64,000 bases of DNA from a bacterium (GTDB lineage: Bacteria > Electryoneota > Electryoneia > Electryoneales > Electryoneaceae), in assembly GCA_963669175.1 (NCBI GenBank), contig OY769902.1, positions 672,001 through 736,000 on the forward strand, written 5' to 3'. This document shows, piece after piece, positions 20,541-29,458 of the stretch (within the stretch, counting starts at the first letter, position 1; every line of letters starts with the position of its first letter). A program made the position numbers and the translations under genes. The notes beneath the pieces are model-generated. The model saw nothing but the letters and a program-made list of their open reading frames with translations, did no database searches and was not told the DNA's origin.

Positions 20541-21557
20541 TTACTCTTCCTCGTTGACCCAGATGTTGGGGTATTCCTTCCACCCGATCACACTGGAAGA
20601 CACCCGCCAGAAGCCGTAATTGCCGTTTTCATCCTTGGGGCGCATATTTTCGATTTTGAAGCGTACCGTATGTTTCCCCGGGGTCAGGTGGTCAGTTAAG
20701 TCGATTTCCACCGGAATCACCAAGCGTCCCGGGCACCACCCGCTACGGCTGTAATCCGAGGACCAGACATTGTTCGTCCACTTCCCCGTATACGGATTCA
20801 GGCCACGGTTTTCCCGGCAGTCATCCCGCCACGGGTGATAGCGAAATACCGGCACATCGTCCACGTAAATCACATTCGGCTTGGATACGAATTCATCCTC
20901 GTCACGTCCGTCGGTGCAATGCCCGGTCGAGGTGTAGACCATCACCACACGTTCCAATCCGTCCGGAATATCAACCGTGACCTCGACACCATCCGGCATT
21001 TCCTGACGGTTGAACTCTTTCTCTTCGTAAATCCCTCGCGCCCAGTCCGGGTTTTCATCCTCTTCCACTTTTCGGTACTCGAGCGCCAGGTCGACTTTCC
21101 AGCCGGGACGTCCCCATGTATCCACAAATACACGAAATGTCTGTTTCCCGCGCAGCAGATACTGAAACTCGGACAAGTCGACTTCGTGTTCAGTCGGTCC
21201 GCCAAACGCAGTCATGAAGCGGATCAATTCAAGCAGGCTGCCATCTTCCTGCACAAGGCAGATGTTCCCGGCACGGTCATAACGGTCCTGAACCTCAACT
21301 TCGCTTTTCGGGATGGGCAGCAAACGCAGAAATGCCATGATCTCCACATGTTCCCAATCGGGCAGATCCGCTTCATGGAATACCATGCGCCCGTTATCCC
21401 CCGCGCTGTCCGGGGCTGTGCAATACTCCGCTGCATTGTCTTCGGAAAAATGAAGTGTCTGCTCGTTAAAAACATGCACCACTTCAGCATTACCCGCCGC
21501 AGCCCATCCGGTTATTGTAACCAGCCCAAGTATCACCAGCCAAAACCGCTTCATCAT
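20541..21557 (-). CDS. Peptide-N-glycosidase F (PNGase F)-like protein, exported
   Basis: Signal peptide. DRYDRAGN, ELIRFMTAFG, TGH...DEF and SRSGWCPG correspond to PNGase F motifs (WDR, EIGRFITPY, GH..E, RAGWCPG). Confidence 0.8.
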   Translation of the reverse strand: MMKRFWLVILGLVTITGWAAAGNAEVVHVFNEQTLHFSEDNAAEYCTAPDSAGDNGRMVFHEADLPDWEHVEIMAFLRLLPIPKSEVEVQDRYDRAGNICLVQEDGSLLELIRFMTAFGGPTEHEVDLSEFQYLLRGKQTFRVFVDTWGRPGWKVDLALEYRKVEEDENPDWARGIYEEKEFNRQEMPDGVEVTVDIPDGLERVVMVYTSTGHCTDGRDEDEFVSKPNVIYVDDVPVFRYHPWRDDCRENRGLNPYTGKWTNNVWSSDYSRSGWCPGRLVIPVEIDLTDHLTPGKHTVRFKIENMRPKDENGNYGFWRVSSSVIGWKEYPNIWVNEEE

Positions 21558-21558
21558 G

Positions 21559-24500
21559 CTATGCCTTTATCTTGTACGTCCGAATCTCGAATGCTGTCAA
21601 CTCAAGAGGTAGTGGATTCTTCAACTCGCCGGAGATGTTGTTTTCCATCAAGTCCGCTTCCACAATACTGCATTTATCCAGGGCGATTGTCAGTTTACCG
21701 GTTGACTTGCGGCCTCTTGTTTCCACAAGCCGCAGTATCCACACATCCTCGTCTTCCGCCTTCTTCACCACTTCCAGCGAGATGCCTTCACTTTCCAGTT
21801 TCCACGGGAAATCTTGTTTTGAAGTTGTTTTACCTTCAAACAGCAACGGTTCACGGTTCAGCATCGCCGCTCGCGCCATCACATCCGCATCGGCCAGATC
21901 GCCCCTGTGCGGGTACAGGCTATAGTTGAAATATTGCAGACCCTGGTCGGCATCGGGGTCAGGATAGGTCGGGGCACGCAGCAGGTTCAGGTCCAGCACG
22001 CCATCAGCCAGACGGTAGCCGTACTTGCAATCGTTCATCAGGGCGACGCCACGGTCACGATCCGACAAGTCCGCGTAGCGTTGCCCGACACACTCAAACC
22101 GTGCCCAGTCCCATGACGTGTTACGGTGTGTGGGACGGTAAACATGGCCGTACTGAATGTCAAACGCTTCCCGTTCGGTGTGGATATTCACCGGGAATGC
22201 GACACGTAACATCCGGTGTTTTTCCCGCCAGTCAACCGTTGTGGCGAAACGCAGTTCTTTGGTCCCCTCCGCCAGGTATACATCCTGCGTGACCGTGGAG
22301 CTGCCAATGGTGAACTCGAAATGCAGTCCCTGGAAAGCATCGCCACGGCTCAACGGTTCCCAAGCCGTACACTGAGCTATCTCAAGGATGTTCTTTTCGT
22401 AAAACAGGTCCACATCCCACGCATCCCAGTCATTGGGACGGTCATTGTACAACGACAGCACATTACCCTTTGCGCCATCTGGCAGGATGTTTTCACCGGT
22501 TTCCAGGTCAACGGCTTCGATCAGGGTTCCGTTTGCATCAAACCGGTAACGGATCACCTCATTCTCCAGCATCAGCTCGCTGACGGCATGGGTATCAACA
22601 TCGTGTTGATGTGTTTTTCTGAGGGCAAGGATTGACAAGCCCGGCATATCCACTCGAGCGAAGGCTTTGCCGTGATCCGCCTGTACCGGAATCAAATTGC
22701 CTTCTTCGTCGATCAGCCCGGCGTCAGGATCGAAACTTTCCGGCAATTCCACCAGTCCACTGTAAGGCTGTGAAAGGGTATTAACCAGCGCCAGCCCGTC
22801 CGGGTCATCGTCAAATGCCTGGTCAGCAATACGTTGCATCAGATCACGGCAGCTTTCATGGCATGCTTCAAATTCCTGTTCCGCAACACGGTAAACCTCG
22901 GTAATACTTGAACCGGGCAGGATGTCATGGAACTGGTTGATCAGCAGTTGTTTCCAGGTCTGTTCAAGTTCTTCGGCAGGATAAGCGTTGACAGGCAACA
23001 GGGAAGCCAGGATTTCTGTCGCTGTCAGTTGCTGTTCCAACTTTCGGTTGTGGCGCTTTATCCGGGATTGGGTAGTCAATGTGCCGCGATGAATCTCGAG
23101 ATAGAGTTCCCCGGTCCAGCGATCCAGTTTATCCTGGTAATTTTCCAGGTCGTGGAAGAAATCACGTGCGGTGCCAAAATGTACTTTCGGAGCGCCTTCC
23201 ATGTTTGCCATTCGTGATCCGGTTTCGATGAATTCCGCTTTGGGACCGCCGCCGCCATCTCCCACGCCAAACAGGGACAAAAAGGTTTCCAGGCGGTCTT
23301 TTTCACGGAACTTGTCTCTTCCGGGCACGAGATACTGGGGATTAAGCCGACTGCTGTAATTATTCTCCGGCGGGAAATGGGTCAGCACTTCGCTGCCGTC
23401 AATCCCTCGCCAGGTGAACGTGTTATGCGGGAATTCGTTGAACTGGTTCCAGGATATTTTCTGAGTCAGGAAGAAACGTATACCGCTCTTTTGCAAAATC
23501 TGGGGCAAGGCGGCGGAGTAGCCGAACACGTCCGGCAGCCACAGGTTGTCCACATCCACACCGAATTCACGCTGGAAGAACTTCTTCCCGTGCAGGATCT
23601 GGCGCACCATGGATTCACCGGAGATGATATTGCAGTCGGCCTCAACCCACATGCCGCCCTGCGGTTCCCAATTGCCCCGCTTGACACATTCCTTCACACG
23701 TTCGTACAGCTCGGGATAATATTCCTTCACAAACTGGTAATGCTGCGGCTGGGAAGCGCCGAAAACGTAGCCAGTATAACGCTGGATCAGGTCTACCTGC
23801 GACGCGAAGGTGCGTCCGCATTTACGGACGGTTTCGCATACCGGCCAGAGCCAGCCGGTGTCGATATGGGCATGCCCAACGGCGATGGTTGACAAGTCGG
23901 ACGCTGCCGCCGGCTTGCCCAGTTCATCAGCCAGGCGAGCGCGGCACTTCTTCACATTCGCCGGATTGTCCGCATACAGGTCTATGGCATCACTGGCGCA
24001 GGTGATCAGGCGAGCGCGACGAACCCCATTCTCCGGTAAGGTGCCGATCATCCCGGTGACTATGTTCAGATCCAGCCAGAGATACCAGTGTTCACGGTCG
24101 AAACGTGAGATGTAAGCGTGGTTCAGGCTTGCGTCGTATTTGCCGTAACGCTTGTCAGAATCCTGCTCCGGGTCTTGCTCGGTGAACATCCCAAACAGGG
24201 CATTAGCCGATGCTTCGACATAGAAATCCGGCGTCTTGTTGCTTCGCATGGCTTCCGTCAGCGGTACGAGATCACGGGCGAAGTCAAGGTCAAACACGGA
24301 ACCATTGGTGATGCCCTGCAGCGCGATTCCATCCGGCGAAAAAACCAGCCCTTCGCCGCCGATATCGATACGTGCAACCACTTCCGTACCGTCCCACTCG
24401 GCAGGAACAGTCCCGGTCATGTGCAGCCAGGCGCGTTTCCAGTTCTTTGCCCAGGTGTCGCCCAGGGAAAGTGGCTGATAAGCCAGTGAACGGCACTCGC

Positions 24501-24633
24501 TGAACGGGACGCTTGCCTCATCAGGAGCGTAGTCAACCTGCAAATCGATACGATCCGGCAGGACACGCTTTCCGATTAAGGCCTGGAAATGTTCTATCCT
24601 GCGGACATGCATCTGCTCAAGTTTCTTTTCCAT
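21559..24633 (-). CDS. Alpha-mannosidase (GH38), cytoplasmic
   Basis: GHAHIDTGWLWP, WLPDVFGY, GVGDGGGGP, GELYLEIHRGT and NQFHDILPGSSI motifs; no signal peptide. Confidence 0.96.
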   Translation of the reverse strand: MEKKLEQMHVRRIEHFQALIGKRVLPDRIDLQVDYAPDEASVPFSECRSLAYQPLSLGDTWAKNWKRAWLHMTGTVPAEWDGTEVVARIDIGGEGLVFSPDGIALQGITNGSVFDLDFARDLVPLTEAMRSNKTPDFYVEASANALFGMFTEQDPEQDSDKRYGKYDASLNHAYISRFDREHWYLWLDLNIVTGMIGTLPENGVRRARLITCASDAIDLYADNPANVKKCRARLADELGKPAAASDLSTIAVGHAHIDTGWLWPVCETVRKCGRTFASQVDLIQRYTGYVFGASQPQHYQFVKEYYPELYERVKECVKRGNWEPQGGMWVEADCNIISGESMVRQILHGKKFFQREFGVDVDNLWLPDVFGYSAALPQILQKSGIRFFLTQKISWNQFNEFPHNTFTWRGIDGSEVLTHFPPENNYSSRLNPQYLVPGRDKFREKDRLETFLSLFGVGDGGGGPKAEFIETGSRMANMEGAPKVHFGTARDFFHDLENYQDKLDRWTGELYLEIHRGTLTTQSRIKRHNRKLEQQLTATEILASLLPVNAYPAEELEQTWKQLLINQFHDILPGSSITEVYRVAEQEFEACHESCRDLMQRIADQAFDDDPDGLALVNTLSQPYSGLVELPESFDPDAGLIDEEGNLIPVQADHGKAFARVDMPGLSILALRKTHQHDVDTHAVSELMLENEVIRYRFDANGTLIEAVDLETGENILPDGAKGNVLSLYNDRPNDWDAWDVDLFYEKNILEIAQCTAWEPLSRGDAFQGLHFEFTIGSSTVTQDVYLAEGTKELRFATTVDWREKHRMLRVAFPVNIHTEREAFDIQYGHVYRPTHRNTSWDWARFECVGQRYADLSDRDRGVALMNDCKYGYRLADGVLDLNLLRAPTYPDPDADQGLQYFNYSLYPHRGDLADADVMARAAMLNREPLLFEGKTTSKQDFPWKLESEGISLEVVKKAEDEDVWILRLVETRGRKSTGKLTIALDKCSIVEADLMENNISGELKNPLPLELTAFEIRTYKIKA

Positions 24634-24639
24634 GTACAC

Positions 24640-26583
24640 TCACACCTGGTTGGGGTTGTTGTCGTCGGAAACCGTGATATACCCGCTGTCGCTTTCGTCA
24701 CGTATCGATTCACGCAGGCGTTTGAACATCTTCTTCAGATCAAACACACCGCCAATGGTGAACCAGAAGATGGAAATAACAGCGATAACTACGTGAAAAT
24801 AAACATAGAACTGCCAGAATTTCATCCAGGATTCATCAGGAACATCATGAGACAGGTTGTGTATCGTACCCACGATAAACACAATCGTCCACCCAAAGGT
24901 AATCACATAATTCAGCAGGAAGATGAATTTGTCACCAACAGTAAACTCCCGGCCCATACCCAGTATTTTCCACAGGGTCTTGGGTTCAGCGTTGATAATC
25001 TTCGTTTCGTTGGCTGTATCGTATTCCCCACGATGCAGCAGTTTGTCCATGTTGTGCGATTTCTTCCCGGACAACAGGGAAATGGTCACATACAATAACG
25101 ATGATCCGATCATGCCAATGGCCCAGAACTGCTGGCCGTTGATCGGAAAATCATCGTAGATCTGGTGCAAAATGATACCGCCAACCGCCACAGTTGAGCC
25201 AAACAACATGGCGGTCCAAGCTGCGGCAGTGGTGCCACGCTTCCAGTAGAGCCCGCCTATAATCACCGCCCCGGACCCGCCGGCGAAAATCGCGCCGGTA
25301 ATAGCGAAGAACAGGAAAATGTACTGACTCTGTTTAAATAACAGGCTGAAGAAGAAAATGAAAATCGCCACACCAATAATGGACAACCGTAACACCTTGA
25401 TATGTTGCTGCGGTGTGAACGGTTTCTTCCGGAAGGGCATGATCACATCCTGCACCATGATACTGCCCCAGGAGTGCAGGTAGCTATCGTGGGTGCTGAT
25501 AAAGGCCGCCAACATCACCGCTGCAAACGCCCCCATCAACCCGACCGGCAACAGATGTGTCAACACCAGAGGAACCCGCAACTGGCTCTGGATCGCATCA
25601 CCCTCAACTCCTGCCAGCACAGCGTTTACTTCGGTGGCAATGGCGCTGAAATCCGGGTGCTTCAGAACGGTATAAGCGATAATCGGTACAAAGGTGAGCA
25701 TGATGGCCTGGGGAGTGCCACGCCACCCGGCGAGCATGCCCGCCATCTTGGCTTCATGGGCGCTGGTCGCAGAAGCGTTGTACCCCTGTGTTCCCTGCCA
25801 GGACATCGCCCCGTAAAACACCCCGAAAATTCCGATCAGGAAATACCAGAAGTTGAAATCCTCGATATGGCTTGTCTTGAACGGATTGATCAACGAAGCC
25901 TGTTCCGGGGCTGCTTCCAATGTCGTGAAAATGTGGGCCCAGTCTACCTTGGTCATCAGGAACAGCAGCATCAGCACAAATACAATATTGATAAACGCGC
26001 CCTGGATAAAGTCGGACACGATAATCGCGATCTGCCCCCCGGCAAAGACGAAGTACAGGGAAATCGCCAGCAGGGATCCCATAATGATCGGGAACACGGG
26101 AAGATTGATCGCACCCAGCGGCAGTGTGTCGGGAATGTTGCAGTAATACATGAAAAAGCGCGTTCCCACGGATGGGAAAATGCCGAAGTTGACCAACCCG
26201 GAGAAAGCGGCCAGCATTCCGGCAAAAACACGGAAATTCCGGCTGTAGCGTTTCTGGAAAAACTCGGCGAGAGTCATGCAGCGTGTTTGACGGAAACGGT
26301 AGGTCACCCAGCCTATAACCGTCATGAACAGGATGACAACGGCTGTGGTCATGCCCCACCAGGACATGGAGAACCCGGCCTGCAAGTTCATTTCCAGATT
26401 GCCGACAATGGTGATCGCCCCCAACCCGGCAACTCCGCTGGACACGGTTATCAAATAGCGTCCGGCGCTACGTCCCGCAGCCAGGAAATCGGCCACGCTT
26501 TTCATCATCCGCTTGCTGACTACAATCGAGGCCAGCAGGAAAAGAAACATCACGGCCACAATGGCCCAGTCAATCGCAGTCAT
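24640..26583 (-). CDS. Sodium:solute symporter (SSS) family transporter
   Basis: N-terminal IDWAIV and DFLAAGRS motifs, about 14-15 hydrophobic helices, AAFISTHDS and GGLYWKR. Confidence 0.9.
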   Translation of the reverse strand: MTAIDWAIVAVMFLFLLASIVVSKRMMKSVADFLAAGRSAGRYLITVSSGVAGLGAITIVGNLEMNLQAGFSMSWWGMTTAVVILFMTVIGWVTYRFRQTRCMTLAEFFQKRYSRNFRVFAGMLAAFSGLVNFGIFPSVGTRFFMYYCNIPDTLPLGAINLPVFPIIMGSLLAISLYFVFAGGQIAIIVSDFIQGAFINIVFVLMLLFLMTKVDWAHIFTTLEAAPEQASLINPFKTSHIEDFNFWYFLIGIFGVFYGAMSWQGTQGYNASATSAHEAKMAGMLAGWRGTPQAIMLTFVPIIAYTVLKHPDFSAIATEVNAVLAGVEGDAIQSQLRVPLVLTHLLPVGLMGAFAAVMLAAFISTHDSYLHSWGSIMVQDVIMPFRKKPFTPQQHIKVLRLSIIGVAIFIFFFSLLFKQSQYIFLFFAITGAIFAGGSGAVIIGGLYWKRGTTAAAWTAMLFGSTVAVGGIILHQIYDDFPINGQQFWAIGMIGSSLLYVTISLLSGKKSHNMDKLLHRGEYDTANETKIINAEPKTLWKILGMGREFTVGDKFIFLLNYVITFGWTIVFIVGTIHNLSHDVPDESWMKFWQFYVYFHVVIAVISIFWFTIGGVFDLKKMFKRLRESIRDESDSGYITVSDDNNPNQV

Positions 26584-26653
26584 CTCACGCCTGTATCAAA
26601 TCAATCGTGTCGGGGGTTTTCTTTGTGCATATCCACATCGGTTGTCATATACA

Positions 26654-26864
26654 TCGTCAGGTCACACGCATGAAAAGCATATGCGCAAGACCTGACGAAA
26701 CTTGATGTGTCTGTTCTGGTAAACCTGTTACGTCGAGAAAGACGAACCCGGTACGCCAGGCAAGACGAAACTAAGGACGCTGGTCTGAACTAAACAATTA
26801 TGTCGGGCCCGGCGAAACCAGTTGTGTCGGGTCTTGATTCGCGAAGCGGATTGTGACCCGACAC
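26654..26864. repeat. Inverted pair of bulged hairpins (REPIN-like) with TTG/TGT internal loop
   Basis: 26654-26698 TCGTCAGGTC-ACA-CGCAT..ATGCG-CAA-GACCTGACGA; 26824-26864 GTGTCGGGTC-TTG-ATTCGC-GAA-GCGGAT-TGT-GACCCGACAC. Confidence 0.75.
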
Positions 26865-26900
26865 GCGTTCTCCTTGACCAACCCTAAATAGAAGATCGAT

Positions 26901-28025
26901 TCACCTGGATAAGTTTACCTCAATAATGCTGCCATCTTCTGTCAGGACATAAAGCGTGTCTGATTGCGTCAACTTTATAATCAATTCGTACCCGCGAATG
27001 GTCTTTATATAGCTCTGAATGTGACAGCCCTCAGGAAGAGGCGCCACGTTGTCCAGATCATCCAGTTTTTCGACAAAAGCTCTGTGCTGTCCGGAATACA
27101 CACGTTGTTGATAATACACGTTACGCATCCACCAGCGCAGTTGTTCTTCGGCTGACGTGGCAGGAGAAACGACGTCTGTTCCGGTCTGATCGTCTGTGAA
27201 TATGACATACCCCCACAGCTCCGGGTAGTGCATCGCGATCAATCCCTGCGGACTCCAGACCCAGTTGGATTCAGGGAACGGAGTTCCCGTTTCCGGGTTA
27301 ATTCGCCTGGTGTAACCATCTGCGGTTTGGTCCAGCTTCCATTGCACGCGCGAGAAATTGATGCGCCAGTATTCGCCGGGGTCGGGTGGTGAATTTACAG
27401 TCGTAACCTGCTCAAAAGCCTTCCATGGCATCGCAATCTCGATTGACCAGCCTTTGTCGGTATCGCTGGGGTTATTCAGGGCGCCATCCAGGTGAACCGC
27501 CGTTTGGAGGCCGGGAATATTATAACCATCTACCGCATGGCCATCATCACGATAGGGCATGGTGATCAACAAGTCCCATTCGGTACCCAGGGCGTTTACT
27601 TCCAGCTCGACATAGTTGTGCGTATCGCCGTCAGGATCGATGAACACTTCGAAATCGTTATCGAAAAATATCACCGCATCACGTTCCCGCAGGGTTCCCC
27701 ACAGGTGCGGTTCTTCCATTTCGGCGTAGATGTACAGGTTGGCATCATCCCATAACATTTTCATCCGTGTGGAAAACTCCGGACGTGGCTTGCTGCTCCC
27801 TTCGATATCGACAAACTCCTCAGACCAGAACGCTTGCGCCCAAACAGGTTCATTGGCGACGCCATCGATGGTAATCTGGCTGGATGTGTGTATACAGGTG
27901 TAGGAACGTGGGGCAAATTCGGCGGTTGGAAACGGTTCTGAATCAAAAGGCGCTACGGCAGACACAGTGCTGACCAGGCAGGTCATAGCTACCAGGAAGA
28001 ATAGGTATCTCACAGAATCTCGCAA
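26901..28025 (-). CDS. Carbohydrate-binding family 9-like protein, exported
   Basis: Signal peptide; ITIDG, KMLWDD, DNDFEVFIDP, WRINFSRVQW and NWVWSPQG..MHYPE motifs. Confidence 0.85.
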   Translation of the reverse strand: MRDSVRYLFFLVAMTCLVSTVSAVAPFDSEPFPTAEFAPRSYTCIHTSSQITIDGVANEPVWAQAFWSEEFVDIEGSSKPRPEFSTRMKMLWDDANLYIYAEMEEPHLWGTLRERDAVIFFDNDFEVFIDPDGDTHNYVELEVNALGTEWDLLITMPYRDDGHAVDGYNIPGLQTAVHLDGALNNPSDTDKGWSIEIAMPWKAFEQVTTVNSPPDPGEYWRINFSRVQWKLDQTADGYTRRINPETGTPFPESNWVWSPQGLIAMHYPELWGYVIFTDDQTGTDVVSPATSAEEQLRWWMRNVYYQQRVYSGQHRAFVEKLDDLDNVAPLPEGCHIQSYIKTIRGYELIIKLTQSDTLYVLTEDGSIIEVNLSR

Positions 28026-28309
28026 TGGTAACTCTCCTGTTTGTCGCGCCGGGAAACGACATTTTGCAGTGCTGGTAGACTGTGGAATATCGGATACAGG
28101 TACAGCAAGAGCAACCCTTTAGGAGGGCGAGGGCATCACAAGAATTCACAGGATGAACAAGATGAAAGGGACAAACAGGATAACTTAAGAATTTTGAGGT
28201 ATAACCTCGCGTGCCATTACAAATCAAATTCTACTTTATAGCCTGTTCATTTTGTTCTTATCTTTTTGTTTTTCTTGGCGTTCTTTGCGCCTTTGCGTGA
28301 AATGTTCAG

Positions 28310-29272
28310 TTATTCTTTGCAGGCAGTGATCAGATCGCTAACCGTAGCCGTCGCCAGCCCGACTACCGTATCCGCTGCGCCATAGTAGACGGACACAACA
28401 CTTTCCGGCGTCGCAACCCCTTCTTCATCCACCTTATCCACCACCATCCCGGAGGGGAACACCACATTGGGCACCTGCCCGACCTGTTCGTATAGCTCCC
28501 GTGGTTCCAGGATATTGTACCGCGTTCGTCCGATAATTTTAGCAGGATCATCCAAATCCAGCAAACATGCTCCTGCCTGGTAAATGTTTGCGCTGCCGAA
28601 ATGGGTAGCTACCCCGTGGTAAAGCAGCAGCCAGCCAGCGTGTGTTTTCACCGGTGGCGGCCCGGCGCCGATAAGTTCGTCCCAATAATGCGGATGCCCC
28701 TGCAGGATAAATCCCACATCCTTCCATGTCTCAAGGTCTTCCGACTGACGTAGACGTATCCTTTCGCCGCTGAAAGGCTCGCCAGGTTGAAGGCTGATAT
28801 TTGGACGATCCAGCAACAGGTATTTTCCATCTATCTTATCCGGAAACAGGACACCATTACGGGTGTCCTCATCTAACACGCCCCCGATTACCTTCCAGTG
28901 CAGCCAGTCGATTTTTTCAGCAATGACAAGACGGCAACCAGTTTCTATGTCTACCGCTACCACCATCCGTATACGGTCGTCGAGTCGGGTCAGACGTGGA
29001 TCATAGACATGATAAATCGTGCTGTACAGATCATTCAGTCCGTCTATGGTGATTGGATCCTCATCCACATGAAACGAGATCCCATCCTTGCTGAAAGCGT
29101 GCATCAAGAATGTCTCGCGTCCACGGTTCTGCACACGCAACACCAGGTGAACCAAACCTTCTGCTTTCACTGCGCCCGGGTTAAAAACCGAAGAGACATC
29201 GGTTACTTCAGGATAAACACCGGGAATATCGGTTCGTGTCAGGATCGGGTTCTGTTGATGACGGATGAGCAT
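28310..29272 (-). CDS. GH130 beta-mannoside phosphorylase/hydrolase, cytoplasmic
   Basis: VFNPGA, YDPRL, RNGVLFP, LYHGV, VPNVVFP and YYGAAD motifs. Confidence 0.9.
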   Translation of the reverse strand: MLIRHQQNPILTRTDIPGVYPEVTDVSSVFNPGAVKAEGLVHLVLRVQNRGRETFLMHAFSKDGISFHVDEDPITIDGLNDLYSTIYHVYDPRLTRLDDRIRMVVAVDIETGCRLVIAEKIDWLHWKVIGGVLDEDTRNGVLFPDKIDGKYLLLDRPNISLQPGEPFSGERIRLRQSEDLETWKDVGFILQGHPHYWDELIGAGPPPVKTHAGWLLLYHGVATHFGSANIYQAGACLLDLDDPAKIIGRTRYNILEPRELYEQVGQVPNVVFPSGMVVDKVDEEGVATPESVVSVYYGAADTVVGLATATVSDLITACKE

Positions 29273-29458
29273 GATGGTTTCCTTTGGGTCAACACGTTGA
29301 CATCTGCAAGATAAGCGATTCAGTCAAGCTGGTAAATGTGCCAATCTCCTGATGATAACACCCTTTCGTTCCAAGAGCTTGCCTCCACGTGAATTGCGCC
29401 TGAGAAGGAAATATGTTATTCTCCTCTCAGTCTTTAGCTTCGGAGGTTGCTGCCCACG

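Noticed and set aside
25402-26673. 423-aa plus-strand ORF (and similar long antisense ORFs such as 20835-21929, 40836-41741, 44090-44902)
   Set aside because: Shadow frames opposite well-supported genes, with no recognisable motifs.
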